Source: Desulfosoma sp.
GTDB lineage: Bacteria > Desulfobacterota > Syntrophobacteria > Syntrophobacterales > DSM-9756
Direction of reading: 5' to 3'
Assembly (NCBI GenBank): GCA_037481835.1
Contig: JBBFKW010000017.1
Location: forward strand, 32,001 to 96,000
Length of the DNA: 64,000 nt
In this document: one piece after another, positions 20,608 to 29,920 of the stretch
How positions within the stretch are numbered: the first letter of the stretch is position 1
Layout of the letters: the number at the start of each line of letters is the position of its first letter
The notes under the pieces: model-generated
Database searches by the model: none
What the model was told of the DNA's origin: nothing
What the model saw: the letters and a program-made list of their open reading frames with translations, nothing else
Translations under genes and position numbers: made by a program

Positions 20608-21978
20608 ATGACAAGAGCCGCTGGGTTGGCCCCTCGACCTTACCCCTTGAAAAATCCCATCCGCCACTACGACTGGGGAGAGCGGGGCCCATCGGCCTTT
20701 ATCGCCAAGCTCCTGGGCATCTCGGACCCGAAGCCGATCCCCTATGCGGAACTTTGGGTAGGAGCCCACCCGTCGGCACCGTCGCTGATCGTGCGGGATG
20801 AGGCGGATTTCATTACATTGAACGACGGGGTCCGGCTCTGGCCTCTCCAGATCCTGGGCCCTCGGGTCTCCGGCACCTTCAAAGAACAGTGGCCTTTCCT
20901 TCTCAAAATCCTTTCCGCAGCCGAAGCCCTGTCCATCCAGGCGCATCCGGACCGTTCCTTGGCCCCCCTCCTGCACGCCCAAAACCCCGATCATTACCCC
21001 GACGCCAACCACAAGCCGGAAATCGCCGTGGCCTTAGGGCGTTTCCAGGCCGTTGCGGGTTTTAAACCCGTGGACGGCTGGCAGGCCGTCTTAACCGCCT
21101 TTCCGGAAATCGCCGCCTTTATGGGCTGTGACATCCCCGCCCTGAAGGCCATGATGCCGAAAACCGCGTCGAAAGCCGAGGCGCCACCATGCGTTCCGGA
21201 TGGGTGTTCCGCCGAAACGTTTTGGCAGACCCCCAAAGCCTCCACGCTCCGAGAGGCCGAAGAATCCAAGGAAGCCCCTCGATCGCCATCCGCCGCGGAC
21301 TTCGTGAAAAACGCCTTCTCCCGCCTGCTCTTCAGAGCCTTAAAAGACCCCAAGGGGCTCGCTGACACAATTCATGCCACGGCACGGCGGATGGGTGACG
21401 CCCCGGAACCCTTTTCGGCCATGGCCGATCTTTTCCACGAACTCCTCGCCAAATACGGTCCCGAAGACGTGGGGCTTCTCGTGCTCCTCTTTCTCAATCC
21501 GGTGGAGCTGCTCCCGGGGCAGGCCGTCTTTCTCCCGCCGGGCCTTCCCCATGCGTACCTTCGGGGAAACATCGTGGAATGCATGGCCAATTCCGACAAC
21601 GTGGTGCGTCTCGGCCTGACCCCCAAGCACAAAGATTTCCACGCGATTCTTCAGGTTCTGCACTTCGATCCCGTGCTCCCCCCGGTGATGACGCCGCCCG
21701 AGCACACCCATACGGTCTATTCCGCCCCGTGCGCGGAATTCCAGGTCCACCGCTGGATCATCCAAGCCGGGCAAAGCCTTTCCATGGCCCGTTCCGACGG
21801 GCCGGAAGTGATCCTTGTCATCGAAGGGCGGGGGACGATCTTTTGGGGAGGAAGTGACCCCCCCAAGGAGCAGCGCTACGACAGGGGACAGAGCTTTCTC
21901 ATCCCGGCCTTGCTCACGGATTACGGCCTGGAGGCCCAAACGCGCACCCTGGCCTTCAGCGTGCGCGTTCCCCCATGA
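20608..21978 (+). CDS. manA: mannose-6-phosphate isomerase, class I
   Basis: HYDWG, AELWVGAHP, PFLLKILSAAEALSIQAHP, NHKPEI, PHAYLRG, ECMANSDNVVR. Confidence 0.93.
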   Translation: MTRAAGLAPRPYPLKNPIRHYDWGERGPSAFIAKLLGISDPKPIPYAELWVGAHPSAPSLIVRDEADFITLNDGVRLWPLQILGPRVSGTFKEQWPFLLKILSAAEALSIQAHPDRSLAPLLHAQNPDHYPDANHKPEIAVALGRFQAVAGFKPVDGWQAVLTAFPEIAAFMGCDIPALKAMMPKTASKAEAPPCVPDGCSAETFWQTPKASTLREAEESKEAPRSPSAADFVKNAFSRLLFRALKDPKGLADTIHATARRMGDAPEPFSAMADLFHELLAKYGPEDVGLLVLLFLNPVELLPGQAVFLPPGLPHAYLRGNIVECMANSDNVVRLGLTPKHKDFHAILQVLHFDPVLPPVMTPPEHTHTVYSAPCAEFQVHRWIIQAGQSLSMARSDGPEVILVIEGRGTIFWGGSDPPKEQRYDRGQSFLIPALLTDYGLEAQTRTLAFSVRVPP

Positions 21979-21985
21979 GCCCCCC

Positions 21986-22579
21986 TCAGGTTTTGACCAT
22001 GCCGTAGAGGAAAAGGTCGGCGATTTCCTGGGCGACCTCTTCCAAGGACAAGGATCCATGGGGCTTGAACCAGAAATAAAGCCAGTGGAGAGAACTGATG
22101 ATCGAAAAGGTCATCACGGTGGGGTTGATCGGCCGGATGATGCCCTGATCCATCAAGGAAAGGAGAAACGCCCGCAATTGGTGGACGTTTTCCTTTTCCT
22201 TGTCCAGAATGATGCGCTTCTTGTCTTCCGGCAGATACTCCATGTCGTGAAAGAGGATTTTGTTGAAGTTTTCGTTTTTGAGGTAGGTGCGCAGGTATTC
22301 GATGAGAATATCGGTGAGTTGCTCTTTGAGCGGCTTTCCGGAGCCGACGTTTCGAGCGATGGCCCGGCGCATGTTGCCCACCAGTTCGTCCGCCGCCTCC
22401 AGGCAGATCTTGAAAAGGATCTCCTCCTTGTTTTTGAAATGATGGTACAAGGCGGCCTTGCTGATCCCGACCCGCGCGGAGATCTCTCGAGTGCTGGCCG
22501 CCTCGTAGCCTTTTTCGTAAAAGAGCTGACGGGCGGCCTTGAGAATTTCGGCCGCCGTGTCCTTCCTTTCGTCTTTCAC
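21986..22579 (-). CDS. TetR/AcrR family regulator (KstR2-like C-terminus)
   Basis: ILKAARQLFYEKGY..STREISARVGISKAALYHHFKNKEEIL; WLYFWFKPHGSLS. Confidence 0.92.
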   Translation of the reverse strand: MKDERKDTAAEILKAARQLFYEKGYEAASTREISARVGISKAALYHHFKNKEEILFKICLEAADELVGNMRRAIARNVGSGKPLKEQLTDILIEYLRTYLKNENFNKILFHDMEYLPEDKKRIILDKEKENVHQLRAFLLSLMDQGIIRPINPTVMTFSIISSLHWLYFWFKPHGSLSLEEVAQEIADLFLYGMVKT

Positions 22580-22604
22580 CCGACGCCCGCCTTGTCGTGG
22601 AGGG

Positions 22605-23756
22605 TTAGCCCTTGGTGTGTTCCTTGAGCACGATCTTGGCGATCGTGAGTTTTTCCGCTTCCTTGGTTCCCTCGTAGATTTCCAGGATCTTGGCATCTCG
22701 GTAGTAGCGCTGCACGTCGTATTCGTCGATATAGCCGTAGCCGCCGTGCAGTTGCAAGGCCTTGTCCGCCACCCACACGGCCGTTTCCCCGGCATAATAC
22801 TTGGCCATGGCACTGAGCTTGGGATCGATTCGCCCCTGATCCACCAGCCATGCGGCCTTGTAGGTGAGCGTGCGGGCGAGTTCGATGCGGGTGGCCATTT
22901 CCGCCAGCTGGAACTGGACGCCTTGGAAATTGGCCAGAGGCTGGCCGAAAGCGGTGCGTTCCTGGACGTACTGCGCGGCCTTGTCCAAGGCCCCCTGAGC
23001 CAGCCCGACCCCTTGACCGGCCACCATGGCCCGGGTGGTGTTGAAAAAGTCCATGAGCTGGTAGAAGCCGTTGCCTTCCTGGCCCACGAGGTTTTCCACC
23101 GGAACTTTTACGTCTTCGAAGCTGATTTCCGCCGTGTCGCTGGCGCGGATCCCCATCTTGCCGTGAATCTTGTTGCGGGTGATCCCGGGGGATGAGGCGT
23201 CCACGATGAGCAAGCTGAAGCGCTTATGGCGCGGCGCGTCCGGATTGGTCACACAGAAGACGCAGAAATAGTCGCAGATGGTGCCGTTGGTGATGAACAT
23301 CTTTTGACCGTTGAGGATGTAGTGGTCGCCGTCGCGCACCGCCCGCGTGCGGATGCCGGCCACGTCCGTGCCCGCATTGGGTTCCGTGTAGGCGCCGGCG
23401 AAAATGATTTCGCCGCTGACGATCTTGGGCAGGTACGTCTTCTTTTGCTCTTCGGAACCGTAGAGATAGATGTTTTCCGATCCGAAGCCGGCGGCCGTGA
23501 TGAGCCCGATGCCCATGTCGATCCGGCTGAACTGTTCCGTGATGATGGTGTTGCCCAAAAAGCCCGCGCCCGGTCCCCCGTATTCCTCGGGAACCCAGGC
23601 TCCGATGAAACCATATTCGCAGGCTTTCTTCCACACCTCGCGCGGATACTTCTCTTCTCGGTCGCATGCCTTGGACACGGGCGTGAATTCCCGCACGGCG
23701 AACTTGTAAGCCTCTTCTTTCAAAATCTTCAGTTCCTCGGGCAGATCGAAATTCAT
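22605..23756 (-). CDS. acyl-CoA dehydrogenase
   Basis: TEPNAGTD, NGQKMFITNG, KMGIRASDT, RTAFGQP, QLHGGYGY, YEGTKE. Confidence 0.95.
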   Translation of the reverse strand: MNFDLPEELKILKEEAYKFAVREFTPVSKACDREEKYPREVWKKACEYGFIGAWVPEEYGGPGAGFLGNTIITEQFSRIDMGIGLITAAGFGSENIYLYGSEEQKKTYLPKIVSGEIIFAGAYTEPNAGTDVAGIRTRAVRDGDHYILNGQKMFITNGTICDYFCVFCVTNPDAPRHKRFSLLIVDASSPGITRNKIHGKMGIRASDTAEISFEDVKVPVENLVGQEGNGFYQLMDFFNTTRAMVAGQGVGLAQGALDKAAQYVQERTAFGQPLANFQGVQFQLAEMATRIELARTLTYKAAWLVDQGRIDPKLSAMAKYYAGETAVWVADKALQLHGGYGYIDEYDVQRYYRDAKILEIYEGTKEAEKLTIAKIVLKEHTKG

Positions 23757-23775
23757 AGGGGCCTCCTTGGAAGAT

Positions 23776-24921
23776 TCAAATGAGCTGCATGCGCTTGGCG
23801 ACAATGAGCTTCATCACTTCGGTCGTCCCCGCGAAAATGGGGATGGGCCGAACATCCCGGTAGAAGCGGCTGATGGGGTATTCCTCCATGTAGCCGTAGC
23901 CGCCGTGGAGTTGGACGCACCGGTAGGCCACCCGGTTGGCCATTTCCGCAATCCAGGCCTTGCCCATGGACACATCGGTGACGATATCCTTGCCGGCCAT
24001 GTGATCCGCAACAAGCCGGTCCAGGAAGGTGCGGCCCAGCTTCACTTCCGTGGCCATGTCCACGATCTTGAAGGCGTTGTGCTGGAAAGAGGCGATGGGG
24101 CGGCCGAATGCGGTGCGGCCCCGGGCGTACTCGATGGTCATGGCGAGCATGGCTTCGGCCATGGCCTGGGCCATGATGCACGCCATGAGCCGTTCCTGCT
24201 GCAGGTGGTCCATCATGTGGTAAAAACCGCGGTTGAGATGGCCGAGAAGGTTTTCTTCAGGGACTCGGCAGTCATCGAAAATGAGCTCCGCCGTGTCTTG
24301 CGCGTGCAGGCCCATCTTCTTTAAATTCCGACCCCTGTGAAAGCCCGGAGCCCCCCGCTCCACAGCGATGAGGCTGATGCCCTTGGCCCCCGAGTCGGCT
24401 GATCCCGTGCGGCACGCGACAATGACCACATCCGCCAGGATTCCGTTGGAAATGAAAGTCTTTTGGCCGTTGATTACCCAATGGTTTCCATCCTTTTCGG
24501 CTCGGGTGCGGATCGCGGCCAAGTCGGAACCCGTGTTGGGTTCGGTCATGGCCACCGCCAAGATGATCTCCCCCCGGGCCGCTCCGGGAAGCCACCGCCT
24601 TTTTTGCTCTTCCGTCCCCAAGGCAGCGATGTAAGGGGCCACAATGTCGCTGTGAAGCGGCGCCATGAGGCTCACCGCACCCGCTTTGGCCAATTCTTCC
24701 GCGATAATCACCGAATAGAGAAAGTCGGCGCCACTTCCGCCGTATTGTTCAGGAACCCACGGGCACAAGAAACCCGCTTCCCCCATGGCCCGCCACACAT
24801 CCCGGGAAACGATCCCCTCTTCTTCCCATTGGTCCATGTGCGGCACAACGTGGCGATCCACGAAGCGCCGGAACGACTCCCGGAAGATGTGGTGCTCTTC
24901 CCGATAAAAATCCGCCATCAT
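23776..24921 (-). CDS. acyl-CoA dehydrogenase (LCAD-like)
   Basis: AMTEPNTGSD, NGQKTFISNG, KMGLHAQDT, QQERL, QLHGGYGY. Confidence 0.95.
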   Translation of the reverse strand: MMADFYREEHHIFRESFRRFVDRHVVPHMDQWEEEGIVSRDVWRAMGEAGFLCPWVPEQYGGSGADFLYSVIIAEELAKAGAVSLMAPLHSDIVAPYIAALGTEEQKRRWLPGAARGEIILAVAMTEPNTGSDLAAIRTRAEKDGNHWVINGQKTFISNGILADVVIVACRTGSADSGAKGISLIAVERGAPGFHRGRNLKKMGLHAQDTAELIFDDCRVPEENLLGHLNRGFYHMMDHLQQERLMACIMAQAMAEAMLAMTIEYARGRTAFGRPIASFQHNAFKIVDMATEVKLGRTFLDRLVADHMAGKDIVTDVSMGKAWIAEMANRVAYRCVQLHGGYGYMEEYPISRFYRDVRPIPIFAGTTEVMKLIVAKRMQLI

Positions 24922-25022
24922 TGCCCCCTCGACCTGCCCAGCGCCCCCCCTTATGCCTTACCGGACGCTCGTTCGTCAACGCACGAATCCTCAACCGAAG
25001 CTCCCATCATCCCTTCGCGATC

Positions 25023-25859
25023 CTAGACCACCTCGGCCAGGGCGTGAGAAAGGACGATGGAGCGTTCCGTGGCCGCTTCGATGGCGTATCGGCCGTCTTC
25101 CAAGAGCCAACCGCGCGTGGTGATGGTATCCCCCGGATAGACCACGTCGGCGAACCGCACCTGAAACGCCTTGAAGCGCGACACGTCCCCGCCGCACGCC
25201 CCTTGGAGGATGGCTCTGACGGCAAACCCGAAGGTGCACAGCCCGTGAAGGATCGGTCTCGGAAATCCCGCAGCTTCCGCCGCCTTGGGATCGATGTGGA
25301 GTGGGTTCACATCGCCGGAGAGGCGATAGAGGGCCGCCTGGTCTTGGGTCGTCTTGTAAGACACCTCAAAATCGGGACTCCTGTCCTTGGGCACCGGAAC
25401 CGCTTCCGCCTTGGGACCAGGGTCGCCCCCCCATCCCCCGAGACCCCGGCAGAAAAGGCTCATGCGCGTTGCACACACGAGAGCGCCTTTTTCGTCCGTG
25501 CTTTCCGTTTCCAAGACCACCAGAGCCGCTTTTTTCTTGTCGTAAATCCCGGCGACTTTCACCGTGCTCAAAAGCTTTCCCCGGGAAGGCAGGGGCGCGT
25601 AAAGCCGGACGGCTTCCTCCCCGTGCAGCACCGTTTTGAGATCGATCTTGAGTTTTTCCAGGACCTCGAAAAACGGGTGAAACACGGGGATCACCGCATA
25701 GGACGGGCAAACCTTGAGGCCTCCTTCCGCACGTTCGTAGACGTAATCCAGATCCGAAGCGCCGAAACCAATTCCAAGATGATACAGGATAATGTCGCGC
25801 CAATGCATCCGGTGTTCGAAAGGCCCAATGGTAAGGCCCACTTGGTTGACGTCGATCAT
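25023..25859 (-). CDS. double-hotdog (R)-specific enoyl-CoA hydratase (MaoC/MFE-2 type)
   Basis: ILYHLGIG, LHGEE, hydratase-2 motif YRLSGDVNPLHIDP...GFPRPILHGLCTFG. Confidence 0.92.
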   Translation of the reverse strand: MIDVNQVGLTIGPFEHRMHWRDIILYHLGIGFGASDLDYVYERAEGGLKVCPSYAVIPVFHPFFEVLEKLKIDLKTVLHGEEAVRLYAPLPSRGKLLSTVKVAGIYDKKKAALVVLETESTDEKGALVCATRMSLFCRGLGGWGGDPGPKAEAVPVPKDRSPDFEVSYKTTQDQAALYRLSGDVNPLHIDPKAAEAAGFPRPILHGLCTFGFAVRAILQGACGGDVSRFKAFQVRFADVVYPGDTITTRGWLLEDGRYAIEAATERSIVLSHALAEVV

Positions 25860-26080
25860 ATCACTCCCCCTTTCTCTCTTTGACTGAAGAGGCTCGCAGG
25901 CCGCGGAGCCCCCCCTCCCGTAGCGACCTGCCATGGCCGCGCCCTCGCGACACCCCCCAGCCTTCTTTTTACGAAGGTCGCGGCCCGAATCTGGGAGGGC
26001 AGGACTTTCATGCTTCGCTGTCTCGCCCCGCGCGATCCGGGTTATGGCCAGCGCCCGATCCCCGCCTCGCGACCTTCCTC

Positions 26081-26905
26081 CTACCATCCTCCGGTCACCT
26101 TGATCACCTGCCCGGAGACGTAATCCGATAGGGGCGACGCCAAAAACAGCATGACCCGGGCGGCTTCTTCGGGCGTTCCCGGCCGTCCCAGGGGGATCAT
26201 CATGCGAAAGGCCTCCAGTTGGTTCTTGGGCACACCGATGGCGATCTTCTTACCGTCCTTTTCCAAAACCGTGTCTTCCGCCTTCGGTTGGGTGAGCCGC
26301 GTCTCGATCCAGCCGTAGGCCACGGCGTTCACGTTCACGTTCAAACGGCCCCATTCCTTGGCCAAGGTCTTCGTAAAGCCCAGGATGCCCGATTTGGCCG
26401 TCGAGTAATTGGCCTGGCCGGCGTTGCCGTCCGTTCCGGCCACAGAACTCACGTTAATGATCTTGCGCATGACGACGCGGCCTTGTTCCGCTTCCTTCTT
26501 GGCGTTTTCGCGGATGTAGGGTGCCGCCGCCCGAATGATTCGAAAGGGCGCCGTACAGTGCACCTTGAGCATGGCCTCCCATTGTTCGTCGGTCATCTTG
26601 TGCACCACGCCGTCCCAGGTGTAGCCGGCGTTGTTGACGATGATGTGGATGTCCGGCCCGAAGGCGTCGACGGCCGCTTGGACGAACTTTTCCGCAAAGC
26701 CGTCGGCGGTCACATCCCCCACCACGGCAACGGCCTCCCCGCCTCGATCCCTAATGTTCTGCACCACTTCGTGCACCGGGCCGGGATCCAGATCGCTCAA
26801 AACCAGCTTGGCCCCTTCCGCCGAAAAAAGCAACGCCGCCGCGCGGCCGATCCCCCGGCCCGCTCCCGTGATCAGACACACCCTTCCTTCCAGCATCTTC
26901 TCCAT
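26081..26905 (-). CDS. SDR oxidoreductase (3-hydroxyacyl-CoA dehydrogenase/FabG-like)
   Basis: TGAGRGIG, NNAG, SSVAG, NYSTAK. Confidence 0.92.
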   Translation of the reverse strand: MEKMLEGRVCLITGAGRGIGRAAALLFSAEGAKLVLSDLDPGPVHEVVQNIRDRGGEAVAVVGDVTADGFAEKFVQAAVDAFGPDIHIIVNNAGYTWDGVVHKMTDEQWEAMLKVHCTAPFRIIRAAAPYIRENAKKEAEQGRVVMRKIINVSSVAGTDGNAGQANYSTAKSGILGFTKTLAKEWGRLNVNVNAVAYGWIETRLTQPKAEDTVLEKDGKKIAIGVPKNQLEAFRMMIPLGRPGTPEEAARVMLFLASPLSDYVSGQVIKVTGGW

Positions 26906-27030
26906 GGATTCTCCCTCCTTGTTCGACCCCAATGATGCTCCTTTCACTCCAAGAAGCATTCATGTGGGGTCGGCTCATCGAAAAATGACGCAGATTTTTG
27001 TTCGCGGTCAGAGCCTCCCTGCATAGCCGC

Positions 27031-28686
27031 TTAAGCTCCGATCTTTTTTCGGATGTCCCGGCGCAGTTCTTTTTTGAGAATCTTCCCCACGGGGTTTCGC
27101 GGGATGGCCTCCACCACCTCCAACCGTTCGGGCAATTTGTACGTCGCCACCCCCTGTTCCCTCATGTAGGCCGTGATGCTTTCCATCGTGACCGTCTGGC
27201 CGGGTTTGGGCACCACATAAACGCAGGTGCGCTCCCCCAGGTTTTCGTCGGGCATGCCCACCGCCGCCACATCCTGGACGGCGGGATGCGCCAAAAGGAC
27301 GTTTTCCACTTCCTGGGCGCTGATGTTGTAGCCGCCTCGGATGATGATGTCCTTGGCCCGTTCGAAAAACTTCAGGTATCGGTCTCCGGCGATCTGGAAA
27401 AGATCCCCCGTGCGGAAGTAGCCTTCCGCATCGAAAGCCTGGGCGTTCAGATCCGGCCTTTTGAAGTAACCGGGGATCACGTTGGGGCCGCGGTAGAGCA
27501 GCTCGCCCACGGCGCCGTCTTCGCTCAGTTCCGACCCGTCGGGACCCACCACCTTTGTTTGGACGAACCGGGCCATGGGGGTGGACCATTCCACGCCGGG
27601 AGCCCCGTATCGGGGCAGGTGGTCGACGCGGATCTTCATGTCCGGCACTTCCCGAACCCCGGAAACCAAGGCGGTGCCTTCGTTTTGGCCCCAGATGTTC
27701 CCAATGTCCACGTTCCAGCGCCTCTTGAATTCTTCCATGGACCACAGGGACGGCGGCGCGGACCCCACAGTGATGACACGGACGGAACTGAGATCCACCC
27801 CTTGGGCGGCCGGATGCTTGAGGATGAGGTTCACCACGGCGGGCACGAGCAAGGTGTACTGGATCTGTTCCTGCACCATCTGCTTCAAGAGCAGCTGGGG
27901 ATCGAAGGGATGGTGCAGGATCACCGTGCCGCCGAAGCGCAGCCACGGCACGTAAACCGTCCCGACGGAGGCCATATTGACCAAAGGGCCGGCCGTGAGC
28001 ATGACATCGCCGGGCTCCATGCCGCTGGCCAGAGCCACGGCCGCCTGGCATCGCCAGTTGTTGTGGCTCAAGGGACAGCCTTTGGGCTGGGCTTCGGTCC
28101 CCGACGTCCAACAGAGCGTGAAGATGTCGTCCGCATCCACGCGGATTGCGCTGAGAGCGGGATCCGGCTTTTCTTGGATCATGCGCCGCACATCTTCGTA
28201 GGTGTAGATTTTCTTTAAGGTCGGCACCTTCCGGGCGACCTCTTCGGCCATGGCCCGATGGCCGAAGCCGTGAAACGTGTTCACCGTGATCATGGCCTTG
28301 GCCTGGGTCAATTCGGCGACGTAGGTGATTTCCTTGGCGCGCCATTGCATGGGCATGGGGGAAATCACGGCGCCGGCCCGAGCGACGGCGAGGTAGAGCA
28401 TGGCCAGTTCCCAGCAATTGGGAAGCTGCACGAGCACGATGTCGTCCTTGTCGATGCCTTCGGCTCGCAATGCTGAAGCCGTCGCTTCCACAGCCCTGTC
28501 GAAATCGGCGTAGCGCACCCGTTCCGGAGCCGTCCCGACGAGGGCTTCCTTATTGAGGGGGTCCACGACGGCGGTGCGTTCCGGTGTCGTGCGGGCGTGC
28601 TGCTTGAAGTCGTCCAACAGCGCGCGGGCGCCCCAGCATCCCTTGGTGGTGTATTCCAAGATCCGTTCGGGAGAAGCGAGAATCAT
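27031..28686 (-). CDS. acyl-CoA synthetase (class I adenylate-forming enzyme)
   Basis: WTSGTEAQPKG, WGQNEG, FRTGD, RAKDIIIRGG, PRNPVGK. Confidence 0.92.
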   Translation of the reverse strand: MILASPERILEYTTKGCWGARALLDDFKQHARTTPERTAVVDPLNKEALVGTAPERVRYADFDRAVEATASALRAEGIDKDDIVLVQLPNCWELAMLYLAVARAGAVISPMPMQWRAKEITYVAELTQAKAMITVNTFHGFGHRAMAEEVARKVPTLKKIYTYEDVRRMIQEKPDPALSAIRVDADDIFTLCWTSGTEAQPKGCPLSHNNWRCQAAVALASGMEPGDVMLTAGPLVNMASVGTVYVPWLRFGGTVILHHPFDPQLLLKQMVQEQIQYTLLVPAVVNLILKHPAAQGVDLSSVRVITVGSAPPSLWSMEEFKRRWNVDIGNIWGQNEGTALVSGVREVPDMKIRVDHLPRYGAPGVEWSTPMARFVQTKVVGPDGSELSEDGAVGELLYRGPNVIPGYFKRPDLNAQAFDAEGYFRTGDLFQIAGDRYLKFFERAKDIIIRGGYNISAQEVENVLLAHPAVQDVAAVGMPDENLGERTCVYVVPKPGQTVTMESITAYMREQGVATYKLPERLEVVEAIPRNPVGKILKKELRRDIRKKIGA

Positions 28687-28711
28687 GGTGTCCTCCTTGG
28701 CGAGGAAACGT

Positions 28712-29908
28712 TTAGAGGCCGAAAATGCCCACACTGCACACGCTGAAGGATGGGATCCCGCCCAGGTTGTGGGTGAGGCCCAGCTTGGGGTCCTGAATCT
28801 GACGCGGCCCGGCCCGATGGAGCAGCTGGGTGTAGACTTCGTAAATCATGCGGATGCCGGACGCCCCGATGGGATGGCCGAAGCACTTCAGGCCTCCGTC
28901 GGACTGGCACGGTATCTTGCCTTCCAAATTGAAGAACCCATCGTTGATGTCCCGGATGGCCCGGCCTCGCTCGGAAATCTGGAGATCCTCGTAGGTGACG
29001 AGTTCCGTGATGGAAAAGCAATCGTGCACCTCCAGAACGCTCAGCTCGTCCCGCGGCCGCGTGATGCCGGCTTCCGCATAGGCCCGCTTGGCCGCTTCCG
29101 TCGTGGTCTTGAGATAGGTCCCGTCCCAGCGGGTCGTCACCATTTCCTCACCCGATGTGGCGGCGATCTGCAGCGCCTTGACGAACACCGGAGTCTTTCC
29201 CAAACCTCGGGCGACGTCCGGCGTCGTCACAATGGCCGCCGCCGCTCCGTCGCTCACGCCGCAACAGTCGAAAAGCCCCAAGGGCCAGGCGATGATGGGG
29301 GCTTTGAGGACCTGTTCCGGGGTGATTTCTTTTCGCAAGTGCGCCTTGGGGTTCATGGCCCCGCAGCGGTGGCTCTTGGCGGAAATCTTGGCCAAGGCCA
29401 TCTTGCCTTCTTCTGGGGAAATGCCGTACTTGGCAAAATAGCGCGTGGCCATGAGGGCGAAGCCGCCCGGGGCCGTAAAATTGGGCAGGATGAACCGATT
29501 GAGGGTTCCCATGGCCGTGTCGAAACCCGGAAGACCGCCGTAGCCCGTGTCCTTGAGCTTTTCCACGCCGAGGGCCAAGGCGATGCGGCAGGCGCCCGAA
29601 GCCACCGCATAGCAGGCGCCGCGAAAGGCTTCCGTTCCCGTGGCGCAGAAATTTTCCACCCGCGTCACCGGAATGTTGGGAAGTTTCAATGCCTGGGCCA
29701 AAGGAATGGCACTCTTGCCGATGTTGACCTCATCGAAACACGTGCCCAACCAGGCCGCATCGATCTCTTTCTTTTCAATCCCCGCATCCTGCAAGGCTTC
29801 CTGGAAGGCCTCCACCATGAGGTCTTCGGCCCCGTCGTTCCACCGCTCCCCGAACCGGGTGCACCCCATCCCGATGATCGCCACCTTGTCCTTGATTCCC
29901 GTCGCCAT
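28712..29908 (-). CDS. SCP2-type thiolase (acetyl-CoA acetyltransferase)
   Basis: RVENFCATG, SDGAAA, EVHDCF, GHPIGASG. Confidence 0.92.
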   Translation of the reverse strand: MATGIKDKVAIIGMGCTRFGERWNDGAEDLMVEAFQEALQDAGIEKKEIDAAWLGTCFDEVNIGKSAIPLAQALKLPNIPVTRVENFCATGTEAFRGACYAVASGACRIALALGVEKLKDTGYGGLPGFDTAMGTLNRFILPNFTAPGGFALMATRYFAKYGISPEEGKMALAKISAKSHRCGAMNPKAHLRKEITPEQVLKAPIIAWPLGLFDCCGVSDGAAAAIVTTPDVARGLGKTPVFVKALQIAATSGEEMVTTRWDGTYLKTTTEAAKRAYAEAGITRPRDELSVLEVHDCFSITELVTYEDLQISERGRAIRDINDGFFNLEGKIPCQSDGGLKCFGHPIGASGIRMIYEVYTQLLHRAGPRQIQDPKLGLTHNLGGIPSFSVCSVGIFGL

Positions 29909-29920
29909 GGGCTCCCCTCC

